Assembly (NCBI GenBank): GCA_021613535.1
Contig: CP075496.1
Coordinates: 5,022,001 to 5,086,000 of the forward strand
Direction: 5' to 3'
DNA length: 64,000 bases
Source: Adineta vaga
Lineage: Eukaryota; Animalia; Rotifera
Part shown: positions 39,901 through 52,921 of the stretch, one piece after another
Layout of the letters: each line of letters opens with the position of its first letter
How positions within the stretch are numbered: position 1 is the stretch's first letter
Translations under genes and position numbers: made by a program
Notes under the pieces: generated by a model
Databases searched by the model: none
Seen by the model: the letters and a program-made list of their open reading frames with translations, nothing else
What the model was told of the DNA's origin: nothing

Positions 39901-41251
39901 ATCGCTTACTTTACTCAATGCATCTGCCCATGATGAGCACGTGTGATATTTTGTCGTGCTTGTATAACTTCATTTCGTGCTGCAACAACACGTGAAGTTA
40001 ATGCTGAAGAAATCTTTTCTTCTTCACATGATAATAATTTTGATATCCATGTTAATTGATCATTATTATCATTTGATCGCGTAATAGAACAATGTTCACC
40101 ATCGACATCCGTAAATTTTAAATTACCCTGAATGAAAAGAGAAGACATTTGATTGATTAGGATGAAGCAAAATGATTTACAAGATGAAGAATTGCTGCGA
40201 CTATTTTCCATACTGTTGAGATTTCATCTGGAGTAAAACCAACAACTTTAAAAGCTTGTTTCAGTTGTTGATAATCACGTTTATCATCAATTTTTGCAAC
40301 TCGACAGCAATTTCCTTGATTAATATAATGATAATCTTCCGCTCGAATATTTAAACCATACTCTTGTAAATTACTTTCTCCAAATAATAAATGATAAAAA
40401 GAATGAAAATTTCGTTCACCTAATTGTTGTTTCACAACACGAGATTTTTCCAAAAGATAATGTTGAATTTTTCCACCAATTGGATCAAATTTATAATCAA
40501 AATGTAGATCCATATATTTACCAAATCGACTACTATTATCATTTCGATTGGTTCGACTGTTACCAAATGCTTCGAGAATAACATTCGTTTGAATAAGAAT
40601 ATTACTAATTCTAAACGGACGAATAGTGAGCAATGAATATGAATGAAATGTTTATATTACCGTTGAATTTCGGTTTGATTAGATACATTTGTTACTGCTG
40701 CAATATAGCGAAGAATGATTTTCGAAGCTTCAGTTTTACCAGAACCAGATTCACCTAAGAAAACAATTGTAAACTATTCATTTATTCTACGATATTCAGT
40801 GAGAAGCCAACCTGAGATAACAATACAACTGTTCAATGAACGTTGTTTTAAAGTGCGATAGGCCGCTTCAGCAAGAGCAAAAATATGCGCAGGTCGTTCA
40901 AACATTTCACGTCCTTTGTAACTTTTGATATATTCAGGTCCATAGATAGGTAAATCACGATACGGATTGACACTAACCAATACCTAGATGATTTCAAAAT
41001 AATCAATGTATAGTTTTCGTATAGAAAACTATCGAAACTTACTTCACCAATGTAAGTATAAATTCGACCTTTTTCAAATCTAAATCAATGAGAAAAGGAT
41101 GAAAGCGTTTATTGTTGTGCAAGAGAGAATGACAAACAACATACCGTATTTTAAGATTTCGAATAAATGCATCCATTGTAATTTCGGATAGTAGAACAAA
41201 ATCACCAACACCCATATCGGGTCCTTCATTCTCAATCGAACCTGCTGCCAT
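36906..41251 (-). CDS. MYO1D: Unconventional myosin class I, Myo1D/G (Myo31DF)-like; one apparent frameshift near 39925
   Basis: [68 protein letters not shown] motifs and a TH1 tail. Confidence 0.93.
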
Positions 41252-41388
41252 CTGAAAGAATAAGAAAAGAGTATATGAATAAATCTTTATACATTTATGA
41301 TTGTTATTCAAAAATGATTCATCCTTTGAGACAGGAAAGAAAGAGAGAAAGAAAATGATTTATCACTCTATGTTGACTCATTTTTCAT

Positions 41389-41766
41389 TTATCCTCGAGA
41401 ATTTTTAATAAGATTAGTAAATATTTCTTGTTGTTTTCGTAGCTCTTCTCGATAATATTTTTGCCATTGAGAATTCACATGTTTCCAATGTTGTATATTA
41501 TGTTCACGTAATGTAGTAAAATTATTTTGGTCAATAATACAATCATCATGTTCTTGTTTAAGATTATTTACAAATTCATTTAAACGAGAATTATCTTCAT
41601 TAGGAATATTTTCTATTTGAATATATTGAGAGTGATCATCCATTTGTCGACTAACAGATGCATATTGTCGAATAATTGAATACAATTGTTTTCCATTTGC
41701 TGTAAAACCGTTTAATGAAATCGTTTCTTGTGTTCGTTGAAATGGAAAACGACGATTTTTTGTCAT
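41389..41766 (-). CDS. Small intronless hypothetical protein (125 aa), predicted helical C-terminus
   Basis: Open frame from MTKNRRFPF to ...LREHNIQHWKHVNSQWQKYYREELRKQQEIFTNLIKNSRG*, preceded by an acceptor (tttttctag|aaaagATG). Confidence 0.7.
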   Translation of the reverse strand: MTKNRRFPFQRTQETISLNGFTANGKQLYSIIRQYASVSRQMDDHSQYIQIENIPNEDNSRLNEFVNNLKQEHDDCIIDQNNFTTLREHNIQHWKHVNSQWQKYYREELRKQQEIFTNLIKNSRG

Positions 41767-41921
41767 CTTTTCTAGAAAAAAATGATTAACAAAATACATA
41801 TATATTGCACTTGAATATGTTAAAACAATTCATTTCAATAACAAAATTAATCTGTGAAAAAAATATAGATAAATCATCATATCACAATAAAAAATATTCA
41901 CGAATATAGAAAAATATAAAA

Positions 41922-44900
41922 TTACACAGTAAGAATTGATTTACTAAAAATTTGTTCAAGTTTTTCTTGAACTTCACCTAAATATGGTCGTTGAGATGGT
42001 TGAGAATCCCAACATTTCGTCATAATTTCCCAGCAATCATCTGTAAACATACTTAAACGTTCCGGACGAACACCTTGTTTGACTTTCGACCAAAGAACAT
42101 CTTTCGATGAACACACATCAAAATTATTCGGTAATTTTATACCATTTGAACATATATACCAAAATAAAATACCAAAGGCATAAATATCTACTGTATGATC
42201 ATATTTAGATGTAAATAATTCCGGTGCCATATGAATGGGTGTGCCAACAAGCGAACCACTCATCATAACCTCGGGTTTACAAAAACCGAGGTCAGTTATA
42301 CGTGCATGATTGTCTGCATCCAACTAATATAGAATAAACGATAAATCTTGAGAGACAAGGTAGTTCGATAGACTAAAAGCTCATTCGTAATACTTTCAAG
42401 GAGAATTTTCTTTTTCTTTAACGATAACGAATATACTCGGTATATCTTTGAGATATTAGCACTTCTCATTTCTAACAAGCAGACACTTACCAGCACATTC
42501 TTTAGCTTGATATCTCGATGAACTAATCCTAAACCATGCAAGTAACGTAAACCTTCGATAACATCCAATGCGATACGAATTCTACACAAATCAATTTCTT
42601 TTTCATTGAATGAACAAATTGAAAATCAAATACCTGATTTGAAATGGAAGTTTGTTCTTTAATGCTATATGTAAATCTTTAGCGAGTCGTTCCATTACAA
42701 GTAATACTGGGGTTTGATCACGATAGGTATAATCAATCACAGATCCAATTAACTTCACAACTCGTGGATGTTCAGGAATTCGTCTAGAGAGAAAAAGAAA
42801 CAGACGAATTCTCGATCAAACAATCTATTCAATGAAAAAAACGTTACCTCAAATAATGAAATTCCAAGGCTAAATCATTCCAATGTCGATCATCTGGTGG
42901 CATGACAGATTTTAATACACAAGAACGTTGATTAGCCCAACTTTCGCATTCATAAACTACTCCATATTGTCCACGACCAACTTCTCGACCTTGTTTAGGT
43001 AGATCATATTGAATAAGATCTTTCAATGATGTACTTTCTAATAGATGTCGAGCAATTCTAGGTGTAAAATCTTTTCGTACACGTTGTTGTTTATCTTCTG
43101 TCCATTTCAAACGATCCGAATGTCGATGTTCTAGTTGTTTAAGTAATGTTTCAAAATTATTATGTGACATACGTATACGATCATTCAATTGCGTACAAAC
43201 ACTTTTCGCCAATCTGAAGAGAAGAAAAAAAGAAATCAATGTAAAGAAATTTCTCTATGTGAAAAAAGTTACTTGGCTTCATTCAGATTTTGTAACATAT
43301 TCATGGCTACAGAACGTTTAAATTCCGGATCAATACGTGGACAATTACTCCAACTAAATGTTCGAAAGAGCTTAAGAGAGAATACAATTACATAAAATAA
43401 TAAAAGAAGTAATTGCAAATAAATTACTTCTTTCATTCGATCGATCAATAGTTTAAATAGATTGGAATTCGTTGGTAGAGAGAGTTCACTTGATACGCCG
43501 ATTGAAGTATCTTCAAAATAAACACGAAAAAATTTAACAGGATATTTTTGAATGCAAATCATACTTCTTGTAAAGCTTTGCTTGCTGATGATTGCGTTTC
43601 ATCATCATCCTTGCTAAATTCCAGATTTTGAATACAACGTGTTAATGTTCCAACGTAATCTTGATGTAAAATACTAACTGAACATGAAAGTTTATCGGCT
43701 ATTGCACGATTTAATCGATCAAGAGCAAAATCTTGAATAACACTTGTACATTTTTTTAAATCACGGGCGGTTTTAACGGTTAATTCATCGGTCAATTCAA
43801 TTCCTAAATAAAATCAATAACATAAATTGTGTGTGCGTAATTCGAATTAGGAGATGTATATGTCTCTACATCGTGTACGAAGAAATTCTCGAAATACGAT
43901 ACTTCTCTCTACTTTTGATATCTTTACATACATACACCTGTCAGAACAGAGGAGAAGAAGCAATCAAGTGCATCAATGATGGCTCAACAGAAGAAAAGAA
44001 AAAGATAGTAACCTATCATGAATCGAATCTTCATATAATTACGAATAGAACAGAAAGATAAAGAGAGTGAAATAATGACGTCATATTGTATTACGATTGA
44101 ACTGTACATACCTGATATTTCTAACGAACAAGCTTGATCAACTAATGATTCTTGAATATCATTAACTGCTTGTAAAATTAATTTTTGTATTTCAGCTTGT
44201 CGAGAATTTGTTAGAGCAACTAATGAATCATACAATTCTCGTTCTTTCTCATGTGCATAACTTATTCGTTTTGGTGTAATAAGAATATCTCTAAAGAAAA
44301 CATAACAATCGAAATATAATTTATAGAAAATATGTCTTTGACATTTACCTTGCCATATCAAATGCACTATCATTGAAAAAATCAAGACAAAGTTCATGTG
44401 ATCGTTGTATAATACTCACTGAACGAAGAGAGATTTTCTTTTTTGAAATAATTTCAAAAGTTCTTTACCTGCTCGAATTGTTAATCGATCCACATGTTTT
44501 CGAATATAATTTAAAAACGAAGTAAAATTGCTTAATCCATTATCAATCATATCACTTTCGAATCGAGATAATGCAGTTTCACTTGGTTCACTTGGCTGAT
44601 AACAATGATCTGTTGTCAATATCGATACAAAACCCAGATCACATAATTGTCTGATCGAAAAAAGTTTTCTTTTAGTTGAAAAATATAACAAAATAAATAA
44701 CTACCGAAAAATGTGCACACAGGGTGTTTCACCGACCATTGAAATTGATTCATTTGTTCTACAATTGAAATAGAGTTTCAGAAGAGAAAAGAAAGCTATG
44801 TTGAGATTGTTACAAATCTTTCTGATCCATTCGAATGAATAAAAACGGTTGATTTGGTGCCAATTTATGAAATAATTGTAATTCTTCAATATCATGATCT

Positions 44901-46121
44901 AATAATTTCCCTTGATCAATGATATAAATAAAAATAGGAACAATATTTTCTGTCATTTGCGAATATATTTGTGCAACATTCATCTTTTGATTTGTTGGTG
45001 TAATTAGAATTTGTAAGTTATTACCAAGTAAATCCAAAGGTTTTCGTATTTCTAAAGAAGCCGTTTCATCTTGATCATTATCATCTACATGAGAACTGGC
45101 TTCTTTCTCATCAGTTGCAACAATTGATTCACGAGGAACAGTTAACCATGAAACGGATCGTTGAACACCATTCGTATCAAGAAGTTCAAATGAACCAGAT
45201 ATATTCAAAGTAGTACCTGTAGTTTGATGATGCTAAAAAAAAGAAGAAGAAAATAGCATGTCATGTTTCTTTTTCTGCACTTTCATAGCTCATTGAACAG
45301 TCCTATATAAGATTTATGAACTTATATAAAAGAAAAGATCATGTAATTTAGAGAGTCAGATAGGTTGAGATATGTACAGATGACTAACGATGTCATTATC
45401 CGATTAGTTAGTATGAAGAAAGAGACTAAGAGATTATAAATCATCGACACAAAATGGTGATCATGTTACTAGTGTGCAATGTCTAAATACGTTCGTCTTC
45501 ATTTTATATCGTTAAATGATTTTAACTCATGCGTAGATTTTTAGATTTCTTCATCTTAGAATAATCCGCGCGTGTGAGAAACTTTTTCTTATCACAAGAT
45601 AGAAAGGTCTATATAACTCAACAAATAATTGACCTCACATGTTCTTATTCAGTTCAATAAATTGATTATTCAACTACAATTTTACCTTGATACGAATCAT
45701 GCGTACAACATCATTTTGTTCGATAATAGGTGATTCTGGTAGTAATGGTTCGTTCAAAAATTCATTGACAAAACGAGCTTTTCCATTATAACTTTGCGAA
45801 CAAATGATCAATGCTAGTGTTTTAGAAGATAAAGAATTAATGTATTCACGATCGAACGTCGAAATCTTAATCTCAGAAAATTTGTCTAGAAGTCAAAAGG
45901 AATAAAAAAATAAAATGAAGTTGGAAAACAAAATTTGATATACCAGATGTAAGAATACTTTTATCATCGATTTCACGATAGGCTTTATCAGTGTCTTCCA
46001 ATAATCGTGTGATGTATGAGCAATGTTTTTTATATCGTTTAATAATTTTGGCGAAGTCTTGAGTAAATATAGATGAACTACTATTATGTTGCGTCACTGT
46101 TGTTGCAAATCTATCTGTCAT
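41922..46121 (-). CDS. DSTYK: Dual serine/threonine and tyrosine kinase (DSTYK/RIPK5)
   Basis: [18 protein letters not shown]; GRGQYGVV; [21 protein letters not shown]; [10 protein letters not shown]; [27 protein letters not shown]. Confidence 0.96.
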
Positions 46122-46131
46122 TGTTTTATCT

Positions 46132-46139
46132 GAAAGAAA

Positions 46140-46171
<32 letters not shown>

Positions 46172-46172
46172 A
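46132..46172. repeat. (GAAA)n/(TTTC)n tract forming the polypyrimidine tract upstream of the DSTYK acceptor
   Basis: gaaagaaaaagaaagaaagaaagaaagaaagaaagaaagaa directly adjoins the minus-strand tttcag|ataaaacaATG. Confidence 0.75.
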
Positions 46173-46337
46173 AAACAACAAACAGAGAATGTACGATCGA
46201 ATAAATTTCTACTCAATCAGAGACCAAAATAGAGAAGTTTGAGTAGAATATCAAACACAACATACAGAGATAATATATTTGTATATATACAAATGAAAAT
46301 TTCTTTCTTATTTTGTTTTCTCTCTCACACTTTTTCT

Positions 46338-48159
46338 CTAAGATTCTGGTGTATGTTCAGGAGACATTTGCATATTATTATCATCCGGTTTTGTTATAGA
46401 CGATGAATCATTATTAAGACTTTCAAGTCGTTTTTGTACATCTTTGAGCAAATCAAACTAAAATCAAAAGATTTGATGATGAAATTTTTTTGTTCATTAC
46501 AAAGAAAAGTCAACGACAATAACTTACAATACGACCAACTTTTTCTGTTTGATATGAAGGTAAATTTTCAAAAGGTAAATGATCACAAATGCCTTGTTGA
46601 AATTGATCTCGAGTAGGTAATTGTTGTGGTATATTTAATTTTGGTGTACTACTATTAAACATCCATAATGGTGTACCAGACACTTGCCCAAGACTTTTTT
46701 GTTCATAATTTGTAGCTGCTGCTGCTGCTGCTGCTGTTGCTGTTGTCGAATGTCCTTGATCAGTTGATATTGTTGGTGAAATTGAGTTATTTGTTGAAGA
46801 TGTTTTCATTTGTTTTGGAGTATTTAATTCTTCAATCGGTGTTGGTTTATATGTTTCCAAAGTTGATTTTCGTTTGAGTGAAGGTTTCTTTAGAAGATAC
46901 ATTTCTTCGATAAGATTTTCTTTACTTTGTTGTTTATCAAATGTTGGTAAATTTGAAGATGTGTATGCTTCATCAATGAAACCATCTGGTAATGGAACAT
47001 TAAAACCTGCATAAGAAACAACTTTATCGAAATCATATTCATAACTCTCTTCATTATTTAAATCAGCTTGAGTTTGCATATTATCTTCTAATAATGCGCC
47101 TGGAAAAACATTGTCTTGACCAGTTGGATCGATTGGTTCCGATTTTTTTGTTTCAATAATTTCGCCTTAATGAAAAAAAATAAAGACATTCAAATAAAAT
47201 GATTTCTTTTTCATGCAATACCTTCTTCATTGTCATGAAATACTTGTAAACCAGATTTTTTCACGCGTGCTTCACGTAACCATCCAGGTGGATATCCACA
47301 TCGACGCATATTATAAATATACATTGGAATTTGATTATCACGTAATCCTAATGCTTGTCGTAGTTCATAACCAATCATACCAGGTTGAAAACGTCGAAAA
47401 CGTTCGTCAATAATAACTTGATCATGTAAACTTGATTGATATGAATCTTCATGATAACGACTTGCTGGTTCGTTACTATTTCCATATCCACCACCATTCA
47501 TTTGTGATAGATCATTATAACCACAAGCTTCAGCCATTTGCTCTTGATATTGTTCTCGACTACGACGAATACGTTCACTATCTAATTTCATTGGACAACC
47601 ATGAACACCATGATCTGATGCACCACAATTAAAACATGATGGTTTAGGTCGACGTGCTCGTTGTAACGAAGCATGTTGTTCACTATCAGGTAAAGCAATT
47701 CGATAGACTTGTTCATAATCTGGTATGAACCAACCTTGTTGTATAGCACCAACATTAAATGAAGATAATTCATCACCATTTCTATCAACAAAATAATTGT
47801 CATAATATTCGAGTGGAGCTAATTTTGATACTAATTCTGTTTGTGCTTCAGGTGGAAGATTTGATCGTTGAAGACGCATTTCATCAATAAATTGACGAAA
47901 ACTTCGTTCCAATTGTATCTAAACAAAAAAGAATTAAGATTTATTTTTATCACAAGAAATCCAAAGTCTTTCTTTCCCTCTCTCTCTCTCTGTCAAGATA
48001 ACATGTTTTGTGATGACGTCGATGACAAGATCATAGATCACCTACTTTTTTATCATAATCATGTTTGTCCAATTTAATTGAGCACGTAAATAATGGTGGA
48101 TTATCTGTTGTCGTTCGATTATTGTTGAATATAGAAGGAATATCACCATCGTCGTTCAT
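46338..48159 (-). CDS. ZCCHC8: NEXT complex zinc-knuckle protein ZCCHC8
   Basis: WFIPDYEQV; CFNCGASDHGVHGC; SRYH; RFQPGMIGYELRQALGL..QIPMYIYNMRRCGYPPGWL (PSP domain); SYAGFNVP; DHLPFENLP. Confidence 0.93.
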
Positions 48160-48349
48160 GATTAGTTGTTTTTTAATATCTTCAAAGATAAAATGCTAGA
48201 ATATTTATTAATGTCACTAAAAACTACAAAGAAGAAGAGTAAATACAATCAAACTCTAGTACAACATTTATATGACATAAAATATACGATAAAAAGTTTT
48301 GAAAAATGAGATAAATTTCTGTTTCATTCTGAAATATTTGACGTAAATT

Positions 48350-48962
48350 TCATTGCTTTCGTGGTTGATTAAGAAAACGTTGATCATCATGTTTTGAATG
48401 ACTATGAAAATCATGTTTAGGATGTACACCAGGCTTGTCATGAATATGTTTTACAGATTCTGTTGGAAAAGCCTTTTGAACCTATATTTTCAAAAGAAAA
48501 ATAAAAGTAAGATATTCTGATGACTATTCAAATGAGTTACATACAGGAACAAAAGTTCCAGAGACCATCTGACCAGCAACACGATTTGATAATGCTCTAG
48601 AAATAGATGAATTAGAAATATTTAAAATTAAAAGTTATGTTTGTAGAAACCGTGATTCTTGTGTATCATCTACATCTTCACGACTGTAATTTCCAGTTGA
48701 TCTTTCTTTACTACCATCACTTGTATTATCTCCTGTTATTTCTTCACTAGTCATGCTTTTGTCCTTATCATCACCCTGTGATGTTTGTCGAGGACGCCCT
48801 GCACCAACACGCATGCCACCAACTCTTACTATGAAAAGAAAAAACAAGATTGTTGTCTTCTTATTAAAATTATATTAATAAAATGATTTTACAAGCAGGA
48901 GCATGGCCAGCTTTGAGTTCAGATGAACTAGACGTATCTGTTGATGATGTATAATCCGACAT
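48350..48962 (-). CDS. DAP: Death-associated protein 1 (DAP1/DAPL1), 4 exons
   Basis: SELKAGHAPA|.RVGGMRV at the N-terminus and FPTESVKHIHDKP...RFLNQPRKQ* at the C-terminus. Confidence 0.88.
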
Positions 48963-50811
48963 GTACAATATATTCGACAATGAGTAAAGAATAAAAACAA
49001 TGGAATTGAATAATCTGAAAATATATATATTCATAGATTATTGAAAAAAAATATTTATTTGTATAAATTCTATGCATTAGAAGATATCATATTTAAAAAA
49101 GCAATCTATTAAAATGACAGCCTTGTCTTCTTCTTCCTCCATCGACAATTGTGTTTAGTTAACTTTCATTCGTGCTTATTATTGACCAATACCATTACTT
49201 GTTTGTTTGGGGATTAATTTATACTTTATATTATTGATATTTGAACTAACTGTCATTCGATTAAAAGAAATAATCTATCTATACTGTTGTTTTTTCCTAA
49301 TTCGTGTGAAATCTCAACAAATTCTTCTCTTATTGATAATGACAAGACTTTTTTCAAGAAAAAGATAACAATAGTTGATGATGATGATGCTGCTCAATTT
49401 AACATCTAGATTGAGATGTCCTTGTGTTAAATGTTAAAAATGCGATGTCATTCAATCATTTTTATGTATATTTACAAAATACTAAATCGTCCGGTTTCTT
49501 CCACGATGGTCGCCTTGATGGGTAAAGCATACATTCCAATCAATTGAGATCGATTGTTCTACAATACTTTTATTCAATCAAACCAAACTTCGTATTATGT
49601 AGACACATGATCGAAAACTAACGAACATTGAGGGAGTGTTTCATAATGAACAAAGATACTTTCAATAAGTATAATTTTATTGAGGTTTTCTGAAAATTAG
49701 GAGTTGTTCAATATGTAACATTCTATCAAAAATTTATTTACGTAGTTGGTATGATACTTCTCTTTTTATCAAACGTATTAATATTTATTTTGGTAATCGT
49801 ATTGTTTCACGGCTGCACTGAAGGATCATTTGAATTGGCATACCTATCAAAAGCTCTAATGAATTTAGCTTTCAGTAAAATAGTTGATATAACATGTTAG
49901 AACGAATAGAGAATATTTCAGTAGAAGTGAGATTAAAATGAAAACAGAGTTACGAAATACTATCCTGTACCCTTTTCAAAACAAAGCCTTTGCTGATAAG
50001 ACTGGATACTAGCTGTCTTCACTTGGATGAAGTTTCGAGGGCATAAATCTTTCTTTTGCTTCATAGATAATGTATACGTCGATACTTAAAATTTAAGAAG
50101 AATTGCAATGAAAAAGTCTTATCAGAACGAAAAAACATACAATCTTTCGTTTATACTTAGTCATACAGATTTCAATCAAAAGAACTAGTATTTAACATCT
50201 TTCACTGCGAGGTTCACAAGTATAATAGCAGACCAACATAGTGTAATGTTATTTTGTTTCTTTTAGTAAACAAAAACAGTAAAATTTTATTGTACTATCA
50301 AATAATTAAAATGCTTGTTGTAGATTCTACTTCTTTCTACATTTTATTTCTCCACTCAAGTTGATGTACAGCTAAAAGTCACCAACGTAATAATCTTGAT
50401 CAACTCCTAGCAATATAAAATCAAATCGCTTCGAACTTTAATTGATAGTGTACTGTATTCGTTAAAAATTTGAACTGAATTCTATCAACAATGTGCGTTG
50501 AAAGCATATCATAATACTTTTGTATTGTCGTCTCGATTTTGTCGAGATCTTATGTAGTTGGAGGTATGTTCGATATAGTCGATCGTTATTATATTTATGT
50601 ACATCATTCTTGTGAATTCGTTTACTCTTTACAGAAAAAGAAAAAGAAAAATGGTCGAATTAATACAACAATCATACAATGTATAAAAAAAAATGGACGA
50701 TATACTCAGATCTGATGAGAGATAATGGACACTTATGAGAATAAATATGACAAACACATAGAAAGAAATAACAACATCTACACGATCTGTACAGTGAGCT
50801 AAGATTTTTCT

Positions 50812-51784
50812 TTAGAAATTTTCTCCTTGCAAAAGTCCATCGATCATCGTCAACTGTTGTTGTGACCAGAAATGATTTTGTTGAATATTCCAATCATTCG
50901 TTTCAGATTTTAAATGATTACAATTATTCATTGTTTCTACCTGAGTATTCGTATTCATGGAGATTCCATTCGAATAATTATTTGTCGATAAAACATGTGT
51001 ATTGTCTATATTTAATGTTTTCATATTTTGAGTTAATTCATCATCGGAGACCATACATGAACCTGATTCTTCTCCATCACTATATGCTTGATGTAAATCA
51101 CCATCATTATCATTTTTATATAATGGACACCATGTACCTTCATCACCAAAGCAAACGGCTACTTCACCTGGATCTAAACATAAATTATGCATAAATTAAG
51201 TGAATATTTTAACCTTTTGTTCTACGAAATGTAATGATTATTGAAAAAATGTTTTGTGTGTCGTTTGATTTCTATATGAAAGCAACGACAGAATAGATCT
51301 AATTCATCTCTGATCGACTAGAAATTTGATTCCACTCATCTGAAATTTGATCCATATAGAAAATGTTTTAAATCATTACAATATGTTTCTATCTCGACTC
51401 ATTGAAAGATAAAAACTGAATCTTACCAATCCACATAGTGAACATAACTGGTAAATATCGATGAAGTGGTAGACGAGAACGTTCAGCGATTGATTTTAGA
51501 ACTGGATCTTTCCAATGCTTTGTTTGTAAACATCGGTATGCACTTCCACGATGTGGGGTTGCTGAAAGATTTAAAAAAAAGACCAGTTCAATCGTTTTTC
51601 TTTACATAAACTTTTTTTTTGAATCTTTACCTGGAAACCAATGTCCAATAAAACGTTTCAATAAAACATCATGAAAAGTACGTTTAAAAACATTGATTTG
51701 GTCGGGTGACAACTCTACATGTGGTTTAATTAATCGCAATAAATAACTACAAGCAATGGCGAGTTCTTTTCGTGGATGTGTCAT
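50812..51784 (-). CDS. BTG: BTG/Tob family antiproliferative protein, 3 exons
   Basis: KELAIACSYLLRLI...LLKRFIGHWFP|ATPHRGSAYRCL...LPVMFTMWI|DPGEVAVCFG (boxes A and B). Confidence 0.9.
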
Positions 51785-52921
51785 TATTTTAATAATGACA
51801 GATAAGAAAAAAAAATCAATCTAAAATAATAATCAATGAACTTATCAAAACGAAATCTTCTAGTCAAAATGTGAACTATTACATAGATCGATAATCATCT
51901 TAACATATCTCGTCATTTTTTTTTCTTGTCATATAAATGACAGACAATGAACGAACAGGTGAACAGATGGCGACTTGTGTACACATAGACAAAGGACAAG
52001 AGAAGAAAAAAAGTATGTATACGAAATACTAGACAATAGAAATCGATTTCATTCGTAGTTTGATCTATATTTAAAGACGAAATGAAGAGATTTCATAAAG
52101 ATAATACATCTTATTTCACCGTAAACCTGTTGATTATGTCAATATTTTTTTTATCAATATGAACTAATGAAAAAAATAAAGAAGAGAAAAAAAAGAGACG
52201 AATCCAGTCGTATTAGTTAGTATAAAAAGACGATCAATTAGTAATCATTTCTTTAAAAATATTGAATATGGTATATTTATGAAATCTTGTACGAATACGA
52301 TACGAGGAGAAGATATAAAATAAGTGGCTATATGGCTAAATCTGAATCTATCGATCTATCTGAAAGATGAACAGAGACTGTTTCGATGACTCATTCATAA
52401 TCATCTGATGCGGATTTGATGAGTTAAATGAATGAAACCAAGCAAGTAAATCTTAATGTAAAATGACAGTATAGTTTTATTTTAGAAATAGTTTTAGGAG
52501 AAAAACGAATATATGATTTCAATGAATAGATGTCACTAATATCAATCAAACTAATTACATATAATGAGGAAAAAGTGAAGGAATCTGTTCGTCAATAATG
52601 GTGGGTATTACATGAAAATGTATGTGTGAATATGGCGAGAGTTATATATATGTAATATCTTCGCATTTAGTAAATGAAATTCTATTTTTTCGTTATTGAT
52701 CTTCATTGACAAATTTCATTTTTGTTTGTAGATTTGGGCAACAATAAGAGTGTCCTCGTTCAAAATCATTATCTCTGCGGAAGCTCATGTCGTTTGGTAA
52801 AATCTTATTTGATCATCCGACGAGCAACGGCTAGCTCGCTATTAAAATCATTTTTATTGTCTTTTATCAACTTTTTTCATAAGATTCTTTGAAAAATTTT
52901 CATTCAAATATTCTTTCTACA

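Noticed and set aside
42284-42292. DLG instead of DFG in the kinase
   Set aside because: Normal for the DSTYK family.
49100-50650. Non-coding 1.5 kb between DAP1 and BTG, examined for transposon, tRNA or SL-RNA genes
   Set aside because: No terminal repeats, cloverleaf or recognisable leader sequence seen; only short uninterpretable frames.
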